This document shows positions 1 through 8,521 of a stretch of DNA of 32,182 nucleotides, in pieces. The DNA is taken from positions 1 to 32,182 of the forward strand of contig JBJEGD010000038.1 of NCBI GenBank assembly GCA_051874735.1. Reading direction: 5' to 3'. The position numbers and the translations under genes were made by a program. Origin of the DNA: Candidatus Bruticola sp. GTDB taxonomy: Bacteria > Vulcanimicrobiota > Xenobia > Xenobiales > Xenobiaceae. Below the pieces are notes generated by a model that was not told where the DNA came from, ran no database searches, and saw only the letters and a program-made list of their open reading frames with translations. Positions within the stretch are counted from its first letter, which is position 1, and each line of letters starts with the position of its first letter.

Positions 1-912
1 TTTAGCTTCCGCTTCCGCCTTAATTCTGGCTTCTTCTTCGGCCTTGGCTTTAGCTCTTATAAAGGCTTCAGCCCTTTTTTTTTCCTTAGCTGCTTGCAAA
101 TGTGCTTGCTGTTGTCTGACTTGCCACTCTTTAACTACTTGGCGAGCGTCGTTTAAAAGAGAAGAAATAGCTATTGAAAGATTAGGACAATTGTAGGGGC
201 GTGATTTACGGGGCTTGCAAACGGGAATTTCCACGCGTTTAGGGGGAGGAGCTATCGTTTTGTTAGGGCTTTTACGGGCCAAAATTAATTTAACCATACC
301 GCCTTGCATATCTTCGCAGAAGAGTATGTCGCAAAAACTAGCTAATCCTAAAGGCCACGCGTTATTAGGAGAGCTGTTAGCTATCATATAGGTAGACAAG
401 ATAAAAGGAGCAAAAAGCAGCTGCTCTTCGAATCGTCCGTTATTTACATAATCTGCGGCAGCAATCAGCCCGCCAGGTTTTAACCAACGACAAGCATTGT
501 ATAAAGCTTTGTAAGGATAGGAACTGCTGGTAAAAGTGCCTGTGCAGAGTATTGCATCGAAGCTGCCCTCTTCTAAATTGCTTTCTGCGTCTTGTAAGCT
601 CATAGCTTTTATATTCATGAAATGGTTGGCACGGATCTCTGTGCGAGCCGCTTCAACATTTTCCGAATCCTCATCGACAGCTACAATTTCTGCACCAGAG
701 CTATGCAGATAACGCAGATTGGCGCCTAACCCGCAACTTAAATCTAGAACACGTTGCCCTGGTTTAAGCTCTAAAAGGTTAATAGCATTAACTCGTGTAT
801 CTTCTTCACCTACTATGCGGCGCACTAGAAGTGAGGACTTAAATAAAGGTCGGATCGACCACCAGCGGTTCCAATGGTTGGTCAAACGTTTAAGCGGACA
901 GTCATTTGTCAC
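1..912 (-). CDS. Class I SAM-dependent methyltransferase domain protein with a Pro-rich linker and an Ala/Glu/Lys-rich helical tail (3' end runs out of the window)
   Basis: Not in the ORF track; translated by hand from GTG at 912, with AAAGGA upstream: MTNDCPLKRLTNHW...LELKPGQRVLDLSCGLGANLRYL...EIVAVDED (motif I and the acidic residue after strand 2). At the window edge the same frame reads ...AKAKAEEEARIKAEAEAK. Confidence 0.8.
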   Translation of the reverse strand, partial: MTNDCPLKRLTNHWNRWWSIRPLFKSSLLVRRIVGEEDTRVNAINLLELKPGQRVLDLSCGLGANLRYLHSSGAEIVAVDEDSENVEAARTEIRANHFMNIKAMSLQDAESNLEEGSFDAILCTGTFTSSSYPYKALYNACRWLKPGGLIAAADYVNNGRFEEQLLFAPFILSTYMIANSSPNNAWPLGLASFCDILFCEDMQGGMVKLILARKSPNKTIAPPPKRVEIPVCKPRKSRPYNCPNLSIAISSLLNDARQVVKEWQVRQQQAHLQAAKEKKRAEAFIRAKAKAEEEARIKAEAEAK

Positions 913-1240
913 GTCAGTCAGATCCTTTCGTCACATTTTCTTTTGATATTATTCTTCGTTTTCTACTAAAAAATGCTTTTTACCTATGCAAATTTAGGTC
1001 TATTTTACCCAGCTTAACCTGTGTTTGAAGTATATTGGAGAGGGCTATACTGCTTGTTGATTGTGACTAGACTAAATTATTATAGAACTTGCGATATTTG
1101 TAGTTTTTTATTTGAAAAATTTAGTTTTCTCTGAAAATTAAGACTAAACTCGGCGATTTTTGCTATCCACTCGATTTACCTATATCAAAAATGTATTACG
1201 CTTAATTATTTTGTTTACTAAGTCAATTTTTTATTGAAAT

Positions 1241-1288
1241 AAAAAATATTGAGCGTTTTAGACCTTACGGTGTAATACGCTCAATATT
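1241..1288 (-). terminator. Intrinsic terminator of the flavoprotein-ADH operon
   Basis: 12-bp inverted repeat AATATTGAGCGT (1245-1256) / ACGCTCAATATT (1277-1288), followed by a T-run on the minus strand, about 20 nt past the ADH stop. Confidence 0.7.
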
Positions 1289-1308
1289 GAGTTAGAAGCA
1301 AAATGAAA

Positions 1309-2478
1309 TTACAAACTGTTCTTTAAGATGCTGACAACATCACTGCGGGTCAGCTTTTTATAACCGCCTTCTAAAATGAACACCGCATCGGCTATATGTT
1401 CGATCATATCTTCGTTCGCTCCCAATTCGGTAATATTAGAAGCTAATTTTAATTCATCCATCCAAGATTTCATTCTTTCCAGACCGGCTTTAGCTATTTC
1501 TTCATCGCTTCGGTTCTCAGTAGGAACTTTCCATACATTAATGGCAAAGCGCTTAAATTTGGCTAAACCATAAGGCATAATATGACGATAATATGGCAGA
1601 GAGACTGCGGCTAAAGTCATGCCGTGAGTGGCGTTAGTGTAAGCGCTGACGGCATGACCCAAATTGTGAACCATCCAATCTGTGCTCTTACCCCTTGAAA
1701 TAAGAGTGTTGAGAGCCCAGGTGGCCGTCCACATAATGTTGCTACGTGCTTCATAATTTTGCGGATCTTTATTAGCAACGCGGCTGGAGTTTATAAGTGA
1801 GAGCATTAGACCTTCACTTATATAGTCGCTAGTGTTGTCATCTGTGCCGGAGAAATACTGTTCGCATATATGATTAAAAATATCGTAAATGCCGGCTGTC
1901 ATTTGGTAATGGGGCAGGGTCATAGTAAAGCGTGGATTTAAAATAGAAAAGCGGGGAGCACATTTTTCCGTATCAAAAACTCGGCCTACTTTTAATTTTT
2001 TTTCTTGGTTGGTAATTACTGAGCCGCCATTCATTTCTGAACCGGTGCCAGCCATGGTCAGTACACAGCCTACAGGTAGTATCGGGCAGTTGGGCTCCTC
2101 AAAACGCACAAAGTATCTTTCCCAAGGATCGTCAGTGCAGTGGACTGATACGGAGAGCGCTTTAGAGTAGTCGCAGACTGAGCCGCCACCTACAGCTAAA
2201 ATAAAATCGGCTTGATGCGCGCGAGCAATTTGAATGCCTTCGTAAAGTTTGGCTGTGGTAGGGTTGGGTAAAACTTGAGCAATTTCGGCTATGTTTTTAC
2301 CGCACTTTTGCAGTATGTTGATAATTGCTTCATAAATACCGTTTTTTTTGATGGAACCTGAACCGTAAACTAGTACAACGTTATTACCGTATCGATTCAA
2401 TTCAGCAGCTAAATGATCTATGGAATGCTCACCAAAATACAGTTTAGTACTATTGCAATAAGTAAAGTCTCCTAACAC
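1309..2478 (-). CDS. Iron-containing alcohol/butanol dehydrogenase (BdhA/YqhD-like)
   Basis: YGSGSIKKNG, LAVGGGSVCD, TMAGTGSEMN, DIFNHICE and HNLGH...THG metal ligands; AGGAG RBS before the GTG. Confidence 0.92.
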   Translation of the reverse strand: MLGDFTYCNSTKLYFGEHSIDHLAAELNRYGNNVVLVYGSGSIKKNGIYEAIINILQKCGKNIAEIAQVLPNPTTAKLYEGIQIARAHQADFILAVGGGSVCDYSKALSVSVHCTDDPWERYFVRFEEPNCPILPVGCVLTMAGTGSEMNGGSVITNQEKKLKVGRVFDTEKCAPRFSILNPRFTMTLPHYQMTAGIYDIFNHICEQYFSGTDDNTSDYISEGLMLSLINSSRVANKDPQNYEARSNIMWTATWALNTLISRGKSTDWMVHNLGHAVSAYTNATHGMTLAAVSLPYYRHIMPYGLAKFKRFAINVWKVPTENRSDEEIAKAGLERMKSWMDELKLASNITELGANEDMIEHIADAVFILEGGYKKLTRSDVVSILKNSL

Positions 2479-2490
2479 GATCAGTCTCCT

Positions 2491-3033
2491 TTATTTTACA
2501 GATTGTCCCAAATTATAAGCTTGTTGCAGGGCTCGGTGGCCTTGAATATCGCCTATTTCTCCAACTCCTCCGGCAAATATACTATCAGTTAATTCCGCTT
2601 TATCGAAGCATTCAATCCACCCTTGCAAGCCGCTAATTGCTCTTTTCGGAGCACTATTATTTGTATCTGCAGCAGTGCTAAGCAAATAAATAGAGCGGAA
2701 TGAGTAGTCCGAAGTATAGAGGGCATTGGCTCTATCGAGTAAAGTCTTCATCTGACCGCACATTTCATAGTAGTAAATAGGAGTAGCAAAGACAATAATA
2801 TCTGCCTGACGCATTTTTTCTACTATGAGTATGGCGTCATCGTTAATGATACATTTATGGAGTTTTTGACAAGCTAAACACCCTTTACAGAAGGCTATTT
2901 GTTTACCACGCAAACTAATTTTTTCTGTTTGGTGGCCGACCGCTCTAGCTCCGTCTGCAAAGGACTCTGCTAAAGCATCTGAGTTACTATTTTGTCTTAA
3001 ACTGGTACTTATAAGTAAAATGTTTTTTGACAC
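2491..3033 (-). CDS. Flavodoxin-fold NADPH-dependent FMN reductase / iron-sulfur flavoprotein family protein
   Basis: STSLRQNSNS FMN loop, CKGCLAC-x5-C cluster motif, FATPIYYY and QMKTLLDR. Confidence 0.88.
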   Translation of the reverse strand: MSKNILLISTSLRQNSNSDALAESFADGARAVGHQTEKISLRGKQIAFCKGCLACQKLHKCIINDDAILIVEKMRQADIIVFATPIYYYEMCGQMKTLLDRANALYTSDYSFRSIYLLSTAADTNNSAPKRAISGLQGWIECFDKAELTDSIFAGGVGEIGDIQGHRALQQAYNLGQSVK

Positions 3034-3057
3034 TGCGTGGTACTCCGTTAAGTTGAT

Positions 3058-3085
3058 TTGACATTTTTGTTTACTTAAGTACGAT
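3058..3085 (+). promoter_or_regulatory. Putative sigma70 promoter of the MerR gene (TTGACA-16 bp-TACGAT)
   Basis: Consensus -35 at 3058-3063 and near-consensus -10 at 3080-3085; the transcript would cross the operator dyad. Confidence 0.5.
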
Positions 3086-3087
3086 AC

Positions 3088-3118
3088 ATTTTAAAATATA
3101 AAGTTAACTTTAGGTCAA
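3088..3118 (-). promoter_or_regulatory. MerR-type promoter (TTGACC-19 bp-TAAAAT) containing the palindromic operator TAAAGTTAACTTTA (3099-3112)
   Basis: On the minus strand, -35 is at 3118-3113 and -10 at 3093-3088, with a 19-nt spacer holding a perfect 14-bp dyad. It resembles the AdhR/NmlR box CTTAAAG-N4-CTTTAAG and is adjacent to the divergent MerR gene. Confidence 0.85.
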
Positions 3119-3154
3119 GATATTTCGCTTGAAACAATTTTGTCGAGTCAAACA

Positions 3155-3616
3155 ATGAGCACATATACAATAGGTCAAGTTGCCGAAGAATTCTCTTTGC
3201 CGATTTCTACTTTGCGTTTTTATGATAAAGAAGGACTGTTTCCCACTTTGCATCGCAAGTCTGGTATTCGCTGTTTTACAGATCGAGAAATTGATACTTT
3301 GAGAATAATTGAATGCTTAAAAAAGTCTGGTTTAAGTATTAAAGATATAAAGTTATTTATCGAGTGGTGTCATCAAGGAAGTGAAACTTTTGCTTTGCGT
3401 TTGGAGTTATTCCGCTGCCGTAAAGCTGTTGTGGAAGAAGAAATAGCTAAAATGACTCAGGTACTTGATGTCCTCAAGTTCAAATGTTGGTACTATGAAT
3501 ACGCCTTAGAACACGGACGCACAGTTGATATAGAAAGCGACGATATTCCTCAAGAAATGTGCCGCCTGTATGAAAAAATACACAAGCGGCCAGAACTTGG
3601 AAAAAAACAGGCTTAA
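3155..3616 (+). CDS. MerR-family transcriptional regulator, AdhR/NmlR type
   Basis: YTIGQVAEEFSLPISTLRFYDKEGL helix-turn-helix; conserved Cys in RIIECLKKSG; ATG 3155 preferred over TTG 3140. Confidence 0.9.
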   Translation: MSTYTIGQVAEEFSLPISTLRFYDKEGLFPTLHRKSGIRCFTDREIDTLRIIECLKKSGLSIKDIKLFIEWCHQGSETFALRLELFRCRKAVVEEEIAKMTQVLDVLKFKCWYYEYALEHGRTVDIESDDIPQEMCRLYEKIHKRPELGKKQA

Positions 3617-3658
3617 AAAATTCTGTAATTTGCCGTACCTGAGTTCGGTATAACAAGC

Positions 3659-4990
3659 TTACCTTTTTTTGAGAAGCATGAGAGTTTCTATATGGGGAGT
3701 GTGAGGGAAGAAGTCGTAAAGCTGAGCTTGTACTAAGCGATATGCTTGGCGCAGAACATTGTATTCTTCTATAAAACGGCTGCAGTTGCATGAAATATAT
3801 AGAAGCGTTTCTGGCCCTTCTTCAACGACTCTTGTAATCATTTTGGGATGACAACCGCTGCGTGGCGGATCTAAAATGAGCAGGCTGCAGTCCAAACTGG
3901 GCCAGTCTTCTGAATTAGTACAATAAAATTCAGCTTGGCGCCCTATTTTTTTTGCATTTCTTTTGGCATGTTCTATAGCTTGCGGTACCGATTCTACGCC
4001 GATTAAATTGCCTTCTAAAGATAAACCTATGCTGCCCACTCCGCAGTATAAATCTAAAATTTTTTGCTGAGGTCCAACCCAGCGGCGGGCTGTGAGCAGC
4101 ATTTTTGCATAAGCCGGAGGATTTGATTGGAAAAAAGAACGCCAACCTAAAGAAAACTCCAAGTTATTCACTTTCTCTTTTATTTCTGATTGACCAGCTA
4201 ACAAATATTCAGTTTGTCCTGAAGCAGTAGGACTGATGGCGTCATTGATAACATGGATAACGCCGGCTGCCTTATCTAGACTCATAAGTTCGTTGGCCAA
4301 TTCCTGCAGTGGATTAGAGGGAGAGTCAAGAGAATATTCTGTTGGAGATGAGGTTATTAAGGCCGTCAAAAACTGACCGGTGTGGAAACTGAATCTGATG
4401 ACTAAATAGCGCAAAAAACCAGTATTGGTTTTGGGATCCCAGCCGGGGAAGTTATGTCTCTTTTGCCAGCGGCGGACAATTTTAATAATGTCTCTATTGC
4501 AAGGCGGTCCTATAAAGCATTCATCTACATCGACTACTTTTTGAAAAAGGCCGCGTATATTAAAGCCAAGCTGGTCATTAATAAAGCTGAGCTCTATTTT
4601 ACTGCGGTAATACCAAGGGGTAGGAGCCTCCTGAACGGGGAATATACGCACCTGATTTTCTAGATTGCGCAGTGCCTCTTCCAAAGGGGCCGCTTTCAAG
4701 GAGGCTTGACGCTGATAATTTATGTGTTGTAAGGCGCATCCGCCGCAAAATCCGAAGTGAGGACAGACGGGCTCACACCGATCTGGTCCCGGAATTAAAA
4801 CTTGACGTAACCAAGCTTGACGCGCACCGCGTTTCTTGCCCCCTATCATGCACAGGGCTCTATCTTGAGGAGCTGCGGCGTAGCATCGAGCTGGAGCAGA
4901 CTGGGCTCGTTCGGCTAAAAATTGGCCTCGGTTATTCAGGTGGTCAGCTTTAAATAGTAGTTCTTCAGTTGGTACGGGACGCTTCTTCAT
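3659..4990 (-). CDS. rlmD: 23S rRNA (uracil-C5)-methyltransferase, RlmD/RumA (TrmA family)
   Basis: Divergent TRAM region, CPHFGFCGGC Fe-S motif, YYRSK, SFFQSN, LDLYCGVG, LDPPRSG, YISCN catalytic Cys and DFFPHTPHIE. Confidence 0.88.
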   Translation of the reverse strand: MKKRPVPTEELLFKADHLNNRGQFLAERAQSAPARCYAAAPQDRALCMIGGKKRGARQAWLRQVLIPGPDRCEPVCPHFGFCGGCALQHINYQRQASLKAAPLEEALRNLENQVRIFPVQEAPTPWYYRSKIELSFINDQLGFNIRGLFQKVVDVDECFIGPPCNRDIIKIVRRWQKRHNFPGWDPKTNTGFLRYLVIRFSFHTGQFLTALITSSPTEYSLDSPSNPLQELANELMSLDKAAGVIHVINDAISPTASGQTEYLLAGQSEIKEKVNNLEFSLGWRSFFQSNPPAYAKMLLTARRWVGPQQKILDLYCGVGSIGLSLEGNLIGVESVPQAIEHAKRNAKKIGRQAEFYCTNSEDWPSLDCSLLILDPPRSGCHPKMITRVVEEGPETLLYISCNCSRFIEEYNVLRQAYRLVQAQLYDFFPHTPHIETLMLLKKR

Positions 4991-5260
4991 AATGGTGCAG
5001 CAGCTTCTATCCGCATCATGCTCTTCCTGTTTGGTCAGTTTGGGAAGGGCCTTAAGTTAGCTAAATTTGAACTCGAGTAAAAAATTTTGCCATATTAAGC
5101 CTAAACTTTAATTTACTGACCGTATAATATGTCTGTATGTCTTGACATACTCACTTAATTACCTTAAAAAAAGAATCTGAAGTTATAAAGTTTTAACCAG
5201 GCTGCATGAACCTGCAGTCGTGTTTTTTTCATTTTTTTATTTTAAGGAGAGAATAAAATT

Positions 5261-5515
5261 ATGTGGTTGAAAGACGCAGATACTCGATATGGTGCCAGAC
5301 GGAGAGATTATGATGAGTGGGAAGAAGACGAAGATTTAGATGAAGACCTCGAGGAAGACGAATGGGACGATGATGATGATTGGGATGATGAAGACGGTGA
5401 AGACAGCTGGGAAGATGAAGACGATGATTTAAGCTGGGACGATGAAGACGACGACGATTGGGATGATGAAGATAGCGAAGACGATGAAGAGGATTGGGAC
5501 GAAGACGAAGATTAG
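5261..5515 (+). CDS. Small hyperacidic Asp/Glu/Trp-repeat protein of unknown function
   Basis: AAGGAG RBS at 5244-5249, ATG start, own terminator; 56 of 84 residues are D/E and 8 are W; synonymous third positions vary among the repeats, as expected for coding DNA. Confidence 0.8.
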   Translation: MWLKDADTRYGARRRDYDEWEEDEDLDEDLEEDEWDDDDDWDDEDGEDSWEDEDDDLSWDDEDDDDWDDEDSEDDEEDWDEDED

Positions 5516-5542
5516 TCTGAGCTGATGCTTATTATTTATCTT

Positions 5543-5579
5543 AAAAAACTAACCTGTTCTCAAGGGTTGGTTTTTTTTT
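5543..5579 (+). terminator. Intrinsic terminator after the acidic protein gene
   Basis: AAAAAACTAACCT...GGGTTGG stem followed by T9. Confidence 0.75.
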
Positions 5580-5779
5580 GTCTGAAAAATACTGTGCTTA
5601 TCATATGGTGAAATAACTGGTGTGAATATTCATCTTATGTTTGTATGGCTAGGGCACTAATGTCGTTATCATGGCTTTGAAGTTTGTAGGGAAGGAAATT
5701 GTTTTGCTTTACAGTTTCAAAATGTTGTATAACTGGCTAACAATAAATTTTTGAAAGATATAGAGTTGTCTTAAAAATT

Positions 5780-8272
5780 ATGTATATAGAGGACAAAGAA
5801 AAGCTGACCCCGCTATTTCAGCAGTATTTTAGTCTTTGTGAGGCTAATCCCGATTGTTTAGTACTTATGCAGTGCGGAGATTTTTACGAAACTTACGGTC
5901 CAGGGGCGGAAATTTTCGCTAAAGATGGTGAGATCGTACTGACTGCTAAAGATGGCGGAGCGGGTCGTAAAATTCCTATGGCTGGTATACCGCTACATAC
6001 TTTAGAGGGATATTTACGCACTCTAGTAGCTAAAGGGCACCGCGTGGCAGTCGCTGATCAAATGGCTGTGCCTTCAGAATGTCGGGGAATAGTACCTAGA
6101 GAAGTTACTCGCATAGTTACTGCAGGGACTATCTTAGACACTCAAAGTCTTGATGAAAAAGATCATAACTATATAGTTTGCTTAGTTTTTGGCAAAAATG
6201 GATACACCGGTTTTTCTGCTGCTGACGTCGGCACAGGTGATTTTTGTGGCAGTGAATTCCTTTCAACAGATATTGAGCAAATCGCCGAAGAAGTGTTGCG
6301 TTTTCATCCTTCGGAATTGGTTTATGCTAAGCAATCGGCCTCAGAATCTACAGAGCGTTTGTTAGAACTATTAAAAATCCAGATGCGCTATCTGAGTTTT
6401 GTGCCCAAGGTTTTTTCCTTTTCTGCTCAAGTTTGTGAAGAACGGCTTAAGCGAGAATTTAAACTGGCTAGTTTATCTGGGTTGGGTTTTGCTGAACATG
6501 AGTCAGCTATAGCTTCTTTGGCTTGTATGCTCGACTATATTCACAATATAGCCTTGAATCATACTATTACGTTGGAATTACCCCGTTTATTGGTTGATCA
6601 AAATAATTTAATTCTTGATCAAACTACCCGACGTAATTTAGAACTTACAGAAACATTATTGGGAAGAGAACGGCGGGGGAGTTTATTAGGGGCTATAGAT
6701 GAAACTTGTACTTCTATGGGGGCTAGAAAACTGAAAGAATGGATCCTTCGTCCCCTTTGTAATGTGGCGGAAATTAGCTTGCGCCACGATCGTTGTGAGA
6801 TTCTCGTCTCCCAATTTGAAATCAGAAGCGAATTAAGAAACCATCTAAAGGGGATAGCCGATATAGAGCGTCTGTTAGCGCGGGTATCTTACGGGACTTT
6901 CAATGCTAGAGAACTGCTAGCTATAGGTTCTTCCTTAGCTGAAGTTCCCAGTTTTATAGAACTGATAAAAAGGCTGCCTTCCCAAGCGTTTGCTTATATA
7001 GTTGATAATTTGTCTGCTGACGCTCCGGAATTTGCGGAATTGAGTCAGCTCTTGGAAAAAGCTATAAACCCCGATGCCCCACTGGCTTTGAAAGATGGAG
7101 GTATTATTCGCTCCGGTTATAATGAGCAACTTGACGAATTGCGCCAACTCTATTCTAACGGCAAAGAGTGGCTCAGCCGCCTCGAAGAAAGGGAGCGAGA
7201 AAGCACCGGTATAAAAAATTTAAAGGTTGGTTATACCTCTGTATTTGGGTATTACATAGAAGTGACTAAGGCTAATTCTAAGATGGTGCCGATGCATTAT
7301 ACCCGCAAACAGACTTTGGTTAATAGCGAGCGTTATATTATTCCCGAGCTTAAGGAATATGAAGTAAAAGTTCTGGGAGCTCAAGAGCAAATCAAAAAAC
7401 TGGAATACAGTCTTTTCCAAGAGGTGCGCTCCGCTGCAGCCCAACGGACTCCATCTTTGCGCCGTTTGGCTAAAACTTTGGCTGAACTTGATATTTATAC
7501 TTCGTTTGCTCAGACAGCTTCCTCTCGAGGTTGGGTGCGTCCAGAAATATCTTTGGAGCCTTGCGCTGAAATTATCCAGGGGCGCCATCCTGTAGTAGAG
7601 CAGACTTTAGGAGAATTTGTACCTAATGATTGCCGTTTGACCTCAGAGAAGCCGATTATCATTCTAACTGGTCCCAATATGAGTGGGAAGTCTACGTGGC
7701 TGCGTCAGACTGCTCAAATTGCAGTTCTTGCCCAAATGGGGTCATTTGTGCCTGCACAAAAGGCTGTGCTTTCTATTTTTGATCGTATTTTTACCAGAGT
7801 TGGAGCTAGCGACGATTTACACTTAGGCCAGTCTACTTTTATGGTTGAAATGAGTGAGACTGCCAATATAGTTAACAATTCTACGTCTAAATCGTTAGTC
7901 GTTTTGGACGAGATTGGACGCGGTACTAGTACCTTTGACGGTTTGGCTATAGCGCAGGCTGTAGTGGAGTATCTTCATGATGGCCCCAAGCCTTTAACTT
8001 TGTTCGCTACTCATTTCCATGAACTTACAAAATTGGGACGCACTTTAAAGGGATGCCGAAATTTCCGGGTAGCCGTCAAAGAATTGACTGATGAAGTAGT
8101 ATTTCTGCATAAAATAGTTCCGGGAGGAGCTGATCGCAGCTATGGTATATACGTAGCTAAATTGGCAGGCATGCCTAAGCCTTTGCTGCAGAGGGCTGCA
8201 GCTTTACTTAAGCGCATGGAGCAGAGTCGCAAGTCTAAAAGTGAATCAGCTCAGCTAGATTTCAATTTGTAG
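5780..8272 (+). CDS. mutS: DNA mismatch repair protein MutS (MutS1)
   Basis: GDFYE mismatch-binding motif, GPNMSGKST, STFMVEM, DEIGRGTST, FATHFHEL, and C-terminal QLDF beta-clamp-like motif. Confidence 0.97.
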   Translation: MYIEDKEKLTPLFQQYFSLCEANPDCLVLMQCGDFYETYGPGAEIFAKDGEIVLTAKDGGAGRKIPMAGIPLHTLEGYLRTLVAKGHRVAVADQMAVPSECRGIVPREVTRIVTAGTILDTQSLDEKDHNYIVCLVFGKNGYTGFSAADVGTGDFCGSEFLSTDIEQIAEEVLRFHPSELVYAKQSASESTERLLELLKIQMRYLSFVPKVFSFSAQVCEERLKREFKLASLSGLGFAEHESAIASLACMLDYIHNIALNHTITLELPRLLVDQNNLILDQTTRRNLELTETLLGRERRGSLLGAIDETCTSMGARKLKEWILRPLCNVAEISLRHDRCEILVSQFEIRSELRNHLKGIADIERLLARVSYGTFNARELLAIGSSLAEVPSFIELIKRLPSQAFAYIVDNLSADAPEFAELSQLLEKAINPDAPLALKDGGIIRSGYNEQLDELRQLYSNGKEWLSRLEERERESTGIKNLKVGYTSVFGYYIEVTKANSKMVPMHYTRKQTLVNSERYIIPELKEYEVKVLGAQEQIKKLEYSLFQEVRSAAAQRTPSLRRLAKTLAELDIYTSFAQTASSRGWVRPEISLEPCAEIIQGRHPVVEQTLGEFVPNDCRLTSEKPIIILTGPNMSGKSTWLRQTAQIAVLAQMGSFVPAQKAVLSIFDRIFTRVGASDDLHLGQSTFMVEMSETANIVNNSTSKSLVVLDEIGRGTSTFDGLAIAQAVVEYLHDGPKPLTLFATHFHELTKLGRTLKGCRNFRVAVKELTDEVVFLHKIVPGGADRSYGIYVAKLAGMPKPLLQRAAALLKRMEQSRKSKSESAQLDFNL

Positions 8273-8332
8273 CGCTGAATCCAATTTTTTGGGAATTTAA
8301 AGGCTTTGTTTCGTTGAGGAGTTGTGATCATT

Positions 8333-8521
8333 ATGTTTGGGTTAGGTTTGGGAGAATGGCTGATAATTTTAGCAGCGGCCGTTTTGCTTTTTGGTCCCAA
8401 ATACATAGGCAGGCTAGGACGAAAAATTATCAGCAACTTGCACTCAGTTGGTCAAGAATTTAAAGAAGGATACGATCAAGGACATAGTTCAGCTGATTTA
8501 GACAATTCTAAGGAAAAATGA
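8333..8521 (+). CDS. tatA: Twin-arginine translocase TatA/B family subunit
   Basis: MFGLGLGEWLIILAAAVLLFGPK (TM helix, FGP hinge, amphipathic helix); GAGGAG RBS; overlaps the tatC start. Confidence 0.85.
   Translation: MFGLGLGEWLIILAAAVLLFGPKYIGRLGRKIISNLHSVGQEFKEGYDQGHSSADLDNSKEK

Noticed and set aside
719-946. 75-aa plus-strand ORF
   Set aside because: Antisense shadow of the minus-strand methyltransferase, which carries the recognisable motifs.
5261-5320. ARRRDY as a twin-arginine signal, given tatAC nearby
   Set aside because: No hydrophobic h-region follows; the downstream sequence is almost entirely acidic.
5306-5512. GAY/GAR-rich repeats as a CRISPR array or DNA tandem repeat
   Set aside because: No fixed repeat-spacer structure; the periodicity is explained by Asp/Glu/Trp codons.
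5780-8272. mutS without adjacent mutL as a sign of an unusual repair system
   Set aside because: mutS and mutL are unlinked in many bacteria, and this MutS has all canonical motifs.
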